This document shows positions 9,214 through 17,596 of a stretch of DNA of 33,876 bases, one piece after another (within the stretch, counting starts at the first letter, position 1; each line of letters opens with the position of its first letter). The stretch covers positions 1 through 33,876 of the forward strand of contig CAMDCC010000002.1 of NCBI GenBank assembly GCA_945889545.1, written 5' to 3'. The notes under the pieces were generated by a model. The model was not told where the DNA came from. It ran no database searches and saw nothing but the letters and a program-made list of their open reading frames with translations. Source of the stretch: Bifidobacterium breve (GTDB taxonomy: Bacteria; Actinomycetota; Acidimicrobiia; IMCC26256; PALSA-555). The position numbers and the translations under genes were made by a program.

Positions 9214-10227
9214 ATGGCCATCAAGAACCGTCAGCTCCGACTCGCGCAGCGACCCGTCGGCATGGTCGACGGCGACACGTTCGAGCTTGTTGAAGAAGAC
9301 GTGCCGGCGCTCGCCGAGGGTGAGGCATTGGTAAAGATGGCTTACCTCTCGATCGACCCGACGAACCGAGTCTGGATCCGCGAGGAGCCCTCATACCTCC
9401 CGCCGGTTGGGATTGGCGAGGTGATGCGCGGAGGTGGCGTCGGCAGGGTTGTCGAGTCGCGCAACGACGCGTATCCGGTGGGTGCCACGGTCACCGGCTT
9501 GCTCGGGTGGCAGGAGCATGCAGTGATCGGCACCGAAACGCTCGGTCGGGTCGTGCCGGACGGCGTGCCGATGACAGCGGTGTTGAACGCATTCGGTTCG
9601 AGTGGCATGACCGCCTACTTCGGGATGACCGACATCGCCCACACGAAAGCGGGCGATGTGATCGTGGTCTCCGGGGCCGCAGGTTCGGTCGGCTCCCTCG
9701 CCGGTCAGATGGGCAAGATCCTTGGTGGGCATGTGATCGGGATTGCCGGGACCGACGAGAAGTGCGCCTGGGTCACCGGCGACCTCGGGTTCGATGCGTG
9801 CATCAACTACAAGACCGAAGACGTTGCCGCGCGGCTCGACGAGCTGTGCCCGGATGGGATCGACGTGTACTTCGACAACGTGGGTGGCGCGATCCTCGAC
9901 GCTGCGCTTGCCCGCCTCGCGCTCAACGCCCGCGTCGCTGTTTGCGGCACGATCTCGACGTACAACTCCACGGGCCTGCCCGATCCGATCCACTTCTATT
10001 TCAACCTCGTGTCGACTCGGTCGCGCATGGAGGGGTTCCTGGTGCTCGACTATCTCGACCGTTTCGACGAGGGAGCAGCCAAGATCCTCGAGTGGCTTCT
10101 CGACGGCCGCTTGCAGGCTCGCGAGCAGATCGTCGACGGTCTCGAGAACGCACCCGAGGCGCTCAACATGCTCTTCACCGGCGGCAACACCGGCAAGCTG
10201 CTGGTGAAAGTGGATCCCGGCGCCTAA
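9214..10227 (+). CDS. NADP-dependent oxidoreductase, MDR superfamily (YncB/CurA/PTGR-like enone reductase)
   Basis: ORF 8248..10227 trimmed to the ATG at 9214 (MAIKNRQLRLAQRP...), 2 nt after the permease stop. Nucleotide-binding motif VVSGAAGSVGSLAGQ. C-terminal NTGKLLVKV. Confidence 0.9.
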   Translation: MAIKNRQLRLAQRPVGMVDGDTFELVEEDVPALAEGEALVKMAYLSIDPTNRVWIREEPSYLPPVGIGEVMRGGGVGRVVESRNDAYPVGATVTGLLGWQEHAVIGTETLGRVVPDGVPMTAVLNAFGSSGMTAYFGMTDIAHTKAGDVIVVSGAAGSVGSLAGQMGKILGGHVIGIAGTDEKCAWVTGDLGFDACINYKTEDVAARLDELCPDGIDVYFDNVGGAILDAALARLALNARVAVCGTISTYNSTGLPDPIHFYFNLVSTRSRMEGFLVLDYLDRFDEGAAKILEWLLDGRLQAREQIVDGLENAPEALNMLFTGGNTGKLLVKVDPGA

Positions 10228-11912
10228 CCCCGCACGACGCGCCCGGCGAGCTCGCCGGTGTGCTCGCCGTGCTCCATGAACACGGCGCCGTTCACGATCG
10301 TGCAGTCGTAGCCGCGCGCGCGTCCGAGGTAACGACCGGCACCGTTCGGGAAGTCGTGGACGTACTCGGGGACCGGCAGCGCGAGGGCGTCCCAATCGAT
10401 GACGTTCAGATCGGCGTACGCGCCTTCCCGCACCACGCCGCGGTCCGAGATCCCGAACGTGCTCGCGGTGTCGGACGTGAGGCGTCGGATCGCGTCGGGA
10501 AGCGTGAGTGCCTCGCGCTCTCGAACCCAGTAGGTCAAGAGGTAGGTGGGCGCGCTGGCATCCATGGTCTGACCCACGTGCGCGCCGGCATCGGCCAGGC
10601 CCGAGAGGATCTCGGGTTGCTCGAGCATCTCGCCGATGGCATCCACACTCTGATTGAGCAACGGCCACGACAGCAGCAACGCGCCGTCGGTCTCGACCGC
10701 GAGGTCGATGAATGCTTCCACCGGCGAGACGCCGCGGGCGTCGGCCTCGGCGACGAGCGATCGCTCGGGTCGGCAGTCGTACCGAGCCAGACCGTCGGGT
10801 CCGTTCAGCACGAAGAACACGTCGAGCCCGTCTCGGTCGTTGATCGCGACGTCGGCGAGCTCGGCGCGGCGCACCGGGTCGCGCAACAGACCGAGCCGGT
10901 CGTGCAATGGCATCCCTTGCAGCACATGCCATGCGCGATGGCGGTCGAAAGGCGTGCGGTGGGCAATGCCCGTGAGCACGCCGATGTAGCGCGGCGTTGT
11001 CTGCGGGCGAACCTGTGCGCCGCGTGCATTCGCGTCGCGCGCCAGCTCGATCGCCCGACGGTAGTGCTCCCCTTGCTCCCATGTGTGCGAGAGGCCGAAC
11101 GTGATCGGCCGACCCGAGCGCATGCTGGCTTCAACGATCCAGGCCATCTCCGACTCCACGCGGGGGAGCGGAGGACCTTCACCGTCGAAGCGTGGTGCTA
11201 CCTCGATGACGCCGCGCCCGTGCCGCGCGAGCAGGTCGGCAAACGCGAACAACTCGTCAGCCTTCGCATACGTGCCGGGAACGAAGCGGCCATCGGGAAC
11301 GCGGTGGCGAAGCGTGCGCGAGCTCGAGAAGCCGAGCGCACCCGCGGTGAGCGCCTCGTCGGCGAGTTCGATCATGTGCTCGAGCTCGTCGCCGCTCGGT
11401 GTTGCGTCTTCTTCGAGACTTCGCTCACCCATCGCGTAGTAGCGGAGCGCGCAGTGCCCGACCATGCCACCGGCATTGAGACCCTTCGGCGTTGTATCGA
11501 GCCACCCCAGGTACTCGCCGTACGTCTCCCAATTCCACGGGAGCCCCTCGAGGATGCTGCGCGCCGGGATGTCCTCGACGGACTCCATCATCTCGGCGAG
11601 ATACGTGTGGTCCTGTGACCGCACGGGCGCGAACGTGACGCCGCAGTTGCCCACAGCCACCGTGGTCACGCCGTGCCAACACGACGACGAACCGATGGGA
11701 TCCCAGGCCAGTTGCGCGTCGAGGTGCGTGTGGATGTCGACGAAGCCGGGCGTGACGAGGCGGCCCTCCACGTCGAGCTCGCGCCGGCCGCGCTCGTCGA
11801 TCACACCGATGGCGGTGATGCGGTCACCGTCGACGGCCACGTCGGCGAGCACGGGCTCCGCGCCGGTTCCATCAACAACGGTTCCGCCGCGGAGCACGAG
11901 GTCGTGGGGCAC
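10224..11912 (-). CDS. N-acyl-D-amino-acid deacylase family amidohydrolase
   Basis: 562 aa. N-terminal LVLRGGTVVDGTG...ITAIG...LVTPGFVDIHTHLD (HxH metal motif) is typical of D-aminoacylases. GTG start. Confidence 0.85.
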   Translation of the reverse strand: MPHDLVLRGGTVVDGTGAEPVLADVAVDGDRITAIGVIDERGRRELDVEGRLVTPGFVDIHTHLDAQLAWDPIGSSSCWHGVTTVAVGNCGVTFAPVRSQDHTYLAEMMESVEDIPARSILEGLPWNWETYGEYLGWLDTTPKGLNAGGMVGHCALRYYAMGERSLEEDATPSGDELEHMIELADEALTAGALGFSSSRTLRHRVPDGRFVPGTYAKADELFAFADLLARHGRGVIEVAPRFDGEGPPLPRVESEMAWIVEASMRSGRPITFGLSHTWEQGEHYRRAIELARDANARGAQVRPQTTPRYIGVLTGIAHRTPFDRHRAWHVLQGMPLHDRLGLLRDPVRRAELADVAINDRDGLDVFFVLNGPDGLARYDCRPERSLVAEADARGVSPVEAFIDLAVETDGALLLSWPLLNQSVDAIGEMLEQPEILSGLADAGAHVGQTMDASAPTYLLTYWVREREALTLPDAIRRLTSDTASTFGISDRGVVREGAYADLNVIDWDALALPVPEYVHDFPNGAGRYLGRARGYDCTIVNGAVFMEHGEHTGELAGRVVRG

Positions 11913-12007
11913 GCCCGAACGGTACGCCGTGCCAAGCGGTCGATCTCGGGAAGCCGGATAATGTGACGACCCGTCAGATATGCGTCGCGGCGGCCCAGGT
12001 GAGCGCC

Positions 12008-12045
12008 TGGGTCACGAGGCCCGGGTCACGAGGCCTGGGTCGAGG
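12008..12045. repeat. 14-nt direct tandem repeat (2.7 copies) in the divergent amidohydrolase intergenic/5' region
   Basis: tgggtcacgaggcc / cgggtcacgaggcc / tgggtc--gagg, immediately upstream of the SD and the GTG at 12061. Confidence 0.8.
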
Positions 12046-12060
12046 GAGAAGAGGCTGTTC

Positions 12061-13260
12061 GTGGATCCCGTGGAGATTCCTCTCATCGTGAGCGTCGACG
12101 ACCACGTCGTGGAGCCTTCGCACGTCTGGGAGCAGTGGCTCCCTGAGAAGTACCGCGCCGCCGGACCGCACATCGAGCGCAAGGGCCTGGCGGGGATGAA
12201 GCACATCGGGGGTGGCACCTACGAGCTCGAGTTCGACGACGACGCGCCTCAGGCCGACTGCTGGGTGTTCGACGGCCAGATACTGCCGCACAAGCGTCAT
12301 GTCGCGGCGGTCGGCTTTGACCGCGACGACATGACGTTGTCGCCGATCACGTACGACGAGATGCGGCCTGGTTGTTACGAGCCAAAAGCTCGCGTCGACG
12401 ACATGCTGATGAACCACGTCGAAGCCTCGGTGTCGTTTCCCACGTTCCCGCGCTTCTGCGGCCAGACGTTCCTCGAAGCCACCGACCGCGACCTGGGCAT
12501 GGCGTGCGTGCTTGCGTACAACGACTGGATGGTCGACGAGTGGTGTGGCGATAGCAACGGACACCTCGTGCCGCTCACAATCATTCCGCTGTGGGACGTG
12601 GAGCTCGCTGCTGCAGAGGTTCAGCGCAACGCGGCCCGTGGTGTGCATGCGGTGTGCTTCAGCGAGATCCCGCCGCACCTCGGCTTGCCGAGCATCCACT
12701 CTGGGTATTGGGATCCGTTCTTCGCCGCGTGTTCCGACACGCACACCGTTGTGTGCATGCACATCGGATCCTCGTCGAAGATGCCGGCGACATCGGTCGA
12801 CGCCCCCGCGGCGGTGGCGGCAACGCTCTCCTTCGGCAATGCGATGTCGTCGATGAGCGACTTCTTGTTCTCAGGGGTCCTCGTGCGATTCCCCGAGTTG
12901 CGCCTCGCGTACTCCGAGGGCCAGATCGGGTGGATCCCGTACATCCTCGAGCGCGCCGACGACGTGTGGCAGGAGCACCGGGCGTGGGGCGAGGTGCGCG
13001 ACATCGTTCCGGAGCCGCCGTCCACCTATTACTACCGCCAGATCTTCGGCTGCTTCTTCCGTGATCAGCATGGCCTCACCTCTTTGGCGGAGGTTGGTGT
13101 CGACAACATCACGTTCGAGACCGACTACCCCCACACCGACTCCACGTGGCCGAACACCAAGGAAGTTGCCGAGAAGATGTTCTCAGGCCTCGACGCCGAG
13201 ACGATTCACAAGATCGTGCGGGGCAACGCCATCCGCATGCTGAGTCTCGATCTCACCTGA
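12061..13260 (+). CDS. Amidohydrolase family protein (Amidohydro_2/ACMSD-like)
   Basis: VSVDDHVVEP near the N-terminus and ITFETDYPHTDS near the C-terminus. GTG at 12061 has a GAAGAGG SD 6 nt upstream. The in-frame ATG at 11980 is the longest alternative, but it would translate a tandem DNA repeat. Confidence 0.8.
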   Translation: MDPVEIPLIVSVDDHVVEPSHVWEQWLPEKYRAAGPHIERKGLAGMKHIGGGTYELEFDDDAPQADCWVFDGQILPHKRHVAAVGFDRDDMTLSPITYDEMRPGCYEPKARVDDMLMNHVEASVSFPTFPRFCGQTFLEATDRDLGMACVLAYNDWMVDEWCGDSNGHLVPLTIIPLWDVELAAAEVQRNAARGVHAVCFSEIPPHLGLPSIHSGYWDPFFAACSDTHTVVCMHIGSSSKMPATSVDAPAAVAATLSFGNAMSSMSDFLFSGVLVRFPELRLAYSEGQIGWIPYILERADDVWQEHRAWGEVRDIVPEPPSTYYYRQIFGCFFRDQHGLTSLAEVGVDNITFETDYPHTDSTWPNTKEVAEKMFSGLDAETIHKIVRGNAIRMLSLDLT

Positions 13261-13270
13261 CGTCTACTCC

Positions 13271-13828
13271 GTGAAGGGCAAGCTGCTCGTCGCGACACCC
13301 GATCTCGAGGATCCGAACTTCTTCCGAACCGTCGTGCTCGTTCTGGACCACACCGACGAGGGTGCAGTCGGTGTCGTGCTCAACCGCCCGAGCGGCGCGG
13401 TGGTGTCCGACCCGCTTCCCGCGTGGGCGCAGCTCGCGGCTGAGCCGGCAGTGGTGTTCGTCGGCGGTCCGGTGCAACCTGAGGCCGCGATCGGACTGGG
13501 ACGGCGCACCGAGATCGATTCGGGTGCGAGCGCCGCGCCTGACGGGTTTGCACTCTTGTTCGGCGAGCTCGGGACGGTGGACCTGGAACGGTCTCCGTCC
13601 GAGGTGGCGCCAGCGGTCGATCGTGTCCGCGTGTTCGCCGGCTATTCGGGATGGGGTCCGGGTCAGCTCGAAGACGAGCTCGCAGCCGACGGGTGGTTCG
13701 TGGTCGATGCCGACGCCGCGGACGTGTGGTCGAGCTCGCCCGAGGCGATGTGGCGCAACGTGCTGCGTCGCCAGCGAGGCCAGATACGGGTGTTCGCCGA
13801 CTTCCCGCTCAACCCCGAATCGAACTAG
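13271..13828 (+). CDS. YqgE/AlgH family protein (UPF0301)
   Basis: GTG start. KLLVATPDLEDPNFFRTVVLVLDHTDEGAVGVVLNRPS is the hallmark N-terminus of this family. Confidence 0.88.
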   Translation: MKGKLLVATPDLEDPNFFRTVVLVLDHTDEGAVGVVLNRPSGAVVSDPLPAWAQLAAEPAVVFVGGPVQPEAAIGLGRRTEIDSGASAAPDGFALLFGELGTVDLERSPSEVAPAVDRVRVFAGYSGWGPGQLEDELAADGWFVVDADAADVWSSSPEAMWRNVLRRQRGQIRVFADFPLNPESN

Positions 13829-13841
13829 GTACTCTTCGCAC

Positions 13842-14273
13842 GTGCGCTTCAACCACATGGAGATCACGTTCCCGGTCGGTACGCTCGACGAGGCGTTCCG
13901 CAAAGAGGTTGACGCGTTCTACGGTGACGTGTTCGGCTGGACGGGCGTCGACACCGAAGTTGTCGGCCAGCTCTGCCACGTGATGCTCACCGGCGACAAC
14001 GGCGACTTCATCCTGCTCGCCGAGAGCCCGAAGCCGATGAGCTCGCCCGGGTACGACCATCTCGGCCTGCTGCACGGCACGCGCGCCGAAGTCGATGACA
14101 TCCTCGAGCGTTGCCGCTGCTGGAGAGAGAAGGACGACCGGGTGCTGCTCAAGGAGTACGACGATCTCGTCGCTGGTGACCTCGTCGTGCATGCGTTCTA
14201 CGTGAAGCACCTCCTCCCGATCTACTTCGACGTGCAGTGCATGGAACGCGGCGGGCAGCCGGTTCCAGCCTGA
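13842..14273 (+). CDS. VOC (glyoxalase/bleomycin resistance/dioxygenase) family protein
   Basis: ORF 13362..14273 trimmed to the GTG at 13842 (VRFNHMEITFP...). The first beta-strand RFNH.E and the later GYDHLGL are typical VOC metal-ligand contexts. Confidence 0.75.
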   Translation: MRFNHMEITFPVGTLDEAFRKEVDAFYGDVFGWTGVDTEVVGQLCHVMLTGDNGDFILLAESPKPMSSPGYDHLGLLHGTRAEVDDILERCRCWREKDDRVLLKEYDDLVAGDLVVHAFYVKHLLPIYFDVQCMERGGQPVPA

Positions 14274-14284
14274 CTGAGCAGTCT

Positions 14285-15253
14285 GTGGCGAAGAGCCCGG
14301 ATCTCTTCGCGCGTCGCAATCGCGCGCGAATCTCGCTGCTGCTGGTGCTCGCGACGATCAACTACATGATCGCGACCGCACTCGCCACGGTGGCCGTGGT
14401 CGTTGGTGCGGTGCTGGCGATCATCTTTGGTCTCGAGATCTTTCCCGACGATCTCGACACGCTGAAATACATGGGGATTGGCATCGCTGGCATCGCTGTG
14501 CTCTCGGCGACTGCCGGCATCGTCATCGGATTGGTTCGCATCCCATTTCAACGGCGCACGCTCGAGCGTCGCGTGCTTGCCGAGACCGGTGCCCACATTG
14601 CGGCACCGGATGAGCATCCCGAAGTGCGGAATCTCCTGGAAGGGCTGGCGCTTGCCAGCGGCCTGCCGGTTCCGCGGTTTGCGGTCATCGACGACGATGC
14701 CCCGAACTCGTTCGGTGTCGGCACGCGACCGTCGAACACGGTGATCGGTGTGACTACTGGCCTGCACAAGACGTTGAGTCGCGACGAGCTCGAAGCGATC
14801 CTTGCGTATGAGGTGAGTCGGATCGCGAGCTGGGACATTGCCCTCGCGAGCTGGACGGTCGCCCTCACGAGCGGAGCGATCTCTGCCGTCGACGCCAACG
14901 ACGACAACGTGCTCAAAGGCGTGCTCGGGTATCTCCCCCGACGGTTCGGCGAGTGGCTCCAGGTGTGGGCGCTGCGTGATCAAGGGGTCGAACGCGACCG
15001 GGCCGCGATTCGCTTCACGCGCAACCCTGCATCGTTGATCAAGGCACTCGAGAAGCTGGACGCGGATACCAGCACCATCAAGTACGTCACCCGCGCCACG
15101 GCGCCGCTCTGGGTGGAGTTTCCTGCCCACGTGGTCAGTAGCGCGTCAACGAAAGCCACTCGCCGCCTCGCCAGCGAGCTCTTGCTCGACGAACGCATCG
15201 ACTACCTCCGCGACCTCGCTCGACTCCCGGTCGAGTCAACCGAACCCGCGTGA
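14285..15253 (+). CDS. M48 (HtpX-like) peptidase homologue with degenerate zinc motif (YEVSR instead of HExxH)
   Basis: N-terminal TM segments, then PVPRFAVIDDDAPNSFGVGTRPSNTVIGVTTGL...ELEAILAYEVSRIASWDIA and ...TRNPASLIKALEKL, matching M48B architecture. Start at the GTG at 14285 (the ATG at 14237 would overlap the VOC gene by 37 nt). Confidence 0.8.
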   Translation: MAKSPDLFARRNRARISLLLVLATINYMIATALATVAVVVGAVLAIIFGLEIFPDDLDTLKYMGIGIAGIAVLSATAGIVIGLVRIPFQRRTLERRVLAETGAHIAAPDEHPEVRNLLEGLALASGLPVPRFAVIDDDAPNSFGVGTRPSNTVIGVTTGLHKTLSRDELEAILAYEVSRIASWDIALASWTVALTSGAISAVDANDDNVLKGVLGYLPRRFGEWLQVWALRDQGVERDRAAIRFTRNPASLIKALEKLDADTSTIKYVTRATAPLWVEFPAHVVSSASTKATRRLASELLLDERIDYLRDLARLPVESTEPA

Positions 15254-15265
15254 GCTGATCGACGA

Positions 15266-16528
15266 ATGCCCGGCACGGTGACGACGATGACGAAAATCGA
15301 CCTCACTGATCTCGACAACTTCTCCAACGGGTTCCCGCATCATCTCTTCGAGATCCACCGACGCGAAGCGCCGGTGTGGTGGCACGAGCCAACCGAGCAC
15401 ACGCCCGACGGCGAAGGGTTCTGGTCGGTCGCCACTCACGCCGAGGCGCTCGAGGTGCAGCGCAACCCAGAGGTGTACTCGTCAGAGCGCGGTGGAGACC
15501 GCAAACACGGTGGAACCCTGCTCCAGGATCTCGAGGTCGCCGGCGTCGTCCTGAACATGACGGACGACCCGCGCCACGCGCGGATCCGTCGTCTTGTGAG
15601 CACGGGCTTGACCCCGCGTACGGTCGCTGGGCTGGAGTCGGAGTTGCGACGGCGCACGCGCGCATTGCTCGCGAGCATCGAGGATGGCGTGGCGGTCGGC
15701 GACGGCGTGGAGGTCGACTTCCTCACGGAGATCGCGGCTGAGCTCCCGATGCAGATGATCTGCATGCTCCTCGGTGTGCCGGAGGAGGATCGCTACGACC
15801 TGTGGGAGGCGGTCGACCCGGGATTCGACATCCGCACCGGCGATGCAGCTTCACTTCCCGGAGGTGGCACCGGTCCGGCGCAGGTGCGAATGCTGGAGTA
15901 CGGCGCTGCGCTCATCGCAGAGAAGCGGGCACGCCCAACCGACGACATGCTCTCCGTGGTCGTGCACGCCACGCTCGACGACGAGGAGCCACCGAATCTG
16001 TCCGACGCTGAGCTCTACTCGTTCTTCTCGCTGTTGTTCGCGGCGGGTTCGGAGACCACGCGCAACGCGATCACCGGCGGACTGCTCGCGCTGATCGAGC
16101 GCCCAGACCAACTTGAAGCGCTGCGTGATGACCTGACCGTCTTGCCGATGGCGATCGAAGAGATGCTTCGGTGGACCACGCCGTCGCCGTCGAAGCGACG
16201 CACTGCCACGCGCTCGGTCGAACTCGGCGGCCACGAGATCGCGCCGGGCGACAAGGTGCTGTTCTGGGAAGGGTCGGCGAATCGTGACGAGGCGGTGTTC
16301 GAACGGTCGATGGAGTTCGACGTGCGGCGCGACCCGAACCCGCATCTCTCATTCGGGCACGGCATCCACTTCTGCCTCGGCGCGAGCCTTGCCCGTCTTG
16401 AGATGCGAGTGATCTTCGAGGAGATGCTCCCGATGTTCGCGACCTACGAGCTCACGAAGCCAGTCGAATGGACCAGGAGCAACCGTCACACCGGCATCCG
16501 CCACCTCTGGGTGCGGATGGGCCGGTAG
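15266..16528 (+). CDS. Cytochrome P450
   Basis: Heme-ligand loop [16 protein letters not shown]-helix AAGSETT, K-helix EEMLRW. 420 aa. Confidence 0.95.
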   Translation: MPGTVTTMTKIDLTDLDNFSNGFPHHLFEIHRREAPVWWHEPTEHTPDGEGFWSVATHAEALEVQRNPEVYSSERGGDRKHGGTLLQDLEVAGVVLNMTDDPRHARIRRLVSTGLTPRTVAGLESELRRRTRALLASIEDGVAVGDGVEVDFLTEIAAELPMQMICMLLGVPEEDRYDLWEAVDPGFDIRTGDAASLPGGGTGPAQVRMLEYGAALIAEKRARPTDDMLSVVVHATLDDEEPPNLSDAELYSFFSLLFAAGSETTRNAITGGLLALIERPDQLEALRDDLTVLPMAIEEMLRWTTPSPSKRRTATRSVELGGHEIAPGDKVLFWEGSANRDEAVFERSMEFDVRRDPNPHLSFGHGIHFCLGASLARLEMRVIFEEMLPMFATYELTKPVEWTRSNRHTGIRHLWVRMGR

Positions 16529-16641
16529 AACGCCGAACGAGTGACGCTTTGCCGCGCATGTGAGGGTGGATCGTCACTTGCTCGTGAAACGGGGAACGTG
16601 GCGCACCCCCAACAACGCTCGACTGAGGAGCCAAGCGCTCT

Positions 16642-16999
16642 TGGAGGTGGCGGGTGTCGAACCCGCGTCTTCCATGTCCTCTACGGGGCTTCTCCGAGCG
16701 CAGCCGATGGGAGTTGTCGGACCACCGCCGTCCACCGGCAACCATGCGGAGATCCCTACCTCAGAAAGTTGTCCCGAGTGGCCCCTGGGGCCTGACCATC
16801 CGGTAAGCCGCTGTCAATGACGCCCAGGCGGACCAGCGGCGCATCCGTTCCTGGGCGCGTGACCTAACCGAAGTTAGGCCGCGAGTCCGAGCTCGTTGGA
16901 GTCGGCATGTATTGGTTTGTGCTGACTTTTTTACGACGATCCAGCAACGTCGGCTCGCTTCACCCGCTTCGTCACACGAAATCGAAGCCACGCACCCCC
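16642..16999 (-). ncRNA. ssrA: tmRNA (transfer-messenger RNA, SsrA)
   Basis: On the minus strand: 5' GGGGGUGCGUGGCUUCGAU... and 3' ...GACGCGGGUUCGACACCCGCCACCUCCA. The 7-bp acceptor stem has a G3:U pair. T-arm GCGGG-UUCGACA-CCCGC. Internal tag frame ends ...CUC GCG GCC UAA. Lies directly downstream of smpB. 358 nt, CCA not encoded. Confidence 0.93.
16874..16906 (-). other. tmRNA tag-peptide reading frame, predicted tag (A)ADSNELGLAA
   Basis: GCC GAC UCC AAC GAG CUC GGA CUC GCG GCC UAA. The resume codon GCC follows ACCAAUACAU, analogous to the M. tuberculosis ...AAAUAAGC GCC GAU (ADSHQRDYALAA) as I recall it. Confidence 0.7.
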
Positions 17000-17009
17000 A
17001 TTGTCAAGT

Positions 17010-17034
17010 GTCGGGTCGATGCGTGTGACCCGAC
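17010..17034 (-). other. 8-bp stem-loop between smpB stop and ssrA 5' end
   Basis: GTCGGGTC-N9-GACCCGAC perfect inverted repeat, 10 nt upstream of the mature tmRNA 5' end. No U-tract, so it is either a weak terminator or part of the pre-tmRNA leader. Confidence 0.4.
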
Positions 17035-17093
17035 AAAGCCAGTGTACCGGTCCCGTGAGACATTCCTGCATGAGTTCGGCCCCGATCGAGACG

Positions 17094-17552
17094 TCAGTCC
17101 CGCTGGCCCTTCATCGCCCGGGCGGTCTCGCGGTCGGCGTCGCGCTTGGCGATCGCCTGACGCTTGTCGTACTGACGCTTGCCCCGGGCCGTTGCGAGCT
17201 CCACCTTGGCCCGGCCGTCCTTGAAGTAGAGGCGCAATGGCACGAGGGTCACGCCCTTCTCGGCCGTCGCACGGGTCAGCTCGTCAATCTCGCGATGGTG
17301 CAGGAGCAGCTTGCGGGGGCGGATCGGATCCAGCTCCTCTTGCGAATGGGAGTACGGCGACACGTGCATCCCGTGCAGGAACACTTCGCCGCCTTGCACG
17401 CGCGCGTATGCCTCGCGCAGGTTCGCCTTGCCCTCGCGGATCGACTTCACCTCGGAGCCCTTGAGCATGAGGCCGCACTCGTAGGTGTCGAGCACGAGGT
17501 AGTCGTAGCGGGCGCGCCGGTTGTTGATCGTCGGCGTCGGGCGGGGTGGCAT
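17094..17552 (-). CDS. smpB: SsrA-binding protein SmpB
   Basis: NNRRARYDYLVLDTYECGLMLKGSEVKSIREGK...LLLHHREI...GVTLVPLRLYFKDGRAKVELATARGKRQYDKR is canonical SmpB. Directly upstream of ssrA on the same strand. Confidence 0.96.
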   Translation of the reverse strand: MPPRPTPTINNRRARYDYLVLDTYECGLMLKGSEVKSIREGKANLREAYARVQGGEVFLHGMHVSPYSHSQEELDPIRPRKLLLHHREIDELTRATAEKGVTLVPLRLYFKDGRAKVELATARGKRQYDKRQAIAKRDADRETARAMKGQRD

Positions 17553-17596
17553 GGGCTCACGGTACCGTCCCCTTTCGCGCTCACAGGAGGGTGTTG

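Noticed and set aside
9391-11618. Two very long ORFs (9391..11082 minus, 563 aa; 9507..11618 plus, 703 aa)
   Set aside because: Both are Arg/Ala/Gly/Pro-rich low-complexity translations. They lie antisense or out of frame to the well-supported NADP reductase and D-aminoacylase genes, and are typical shadow ORFs of high-GC DNA.
12008-12045. CRISPR array check on the short tandem repeats (12008-12045, 24745-24795, 33806-33845)
   Set aside because: The units are 12-20 nt, directly abutting with no spacers, at most about 4 copies, and there are no cas genes. They are not CRISPR.
16529-16641. Possible genomic island integrated at the tmRNA 3' end (and likewise at tRNA-Leu, 30053-30060)
   Set aside because: I saw no integrase, excisionase or phage genes, and no direct repeat of the tmRNA or tRNA 3' end nearby. 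Flanking genes are ordinary metabolic genes of native composition.
16999-17010. Perfect TTGACA hexamer on the minus strand 2 nt upstream of the tmRNA 5' end, considered as a -35 box
   Set aside because: A promoter there would start transcription about 30 nt inside the mature tmRNA. The real promoter must be further upstream, or transcription comes from smpB.
16541-17224. Small ORFs overlapping 16541-17224 (e.g. 16560..16820, 16761..16991, 16907..17224)
   Set aside because: The region is explained by the tmRNA gene and the smpB 3' end, so the ORFs are incidental.
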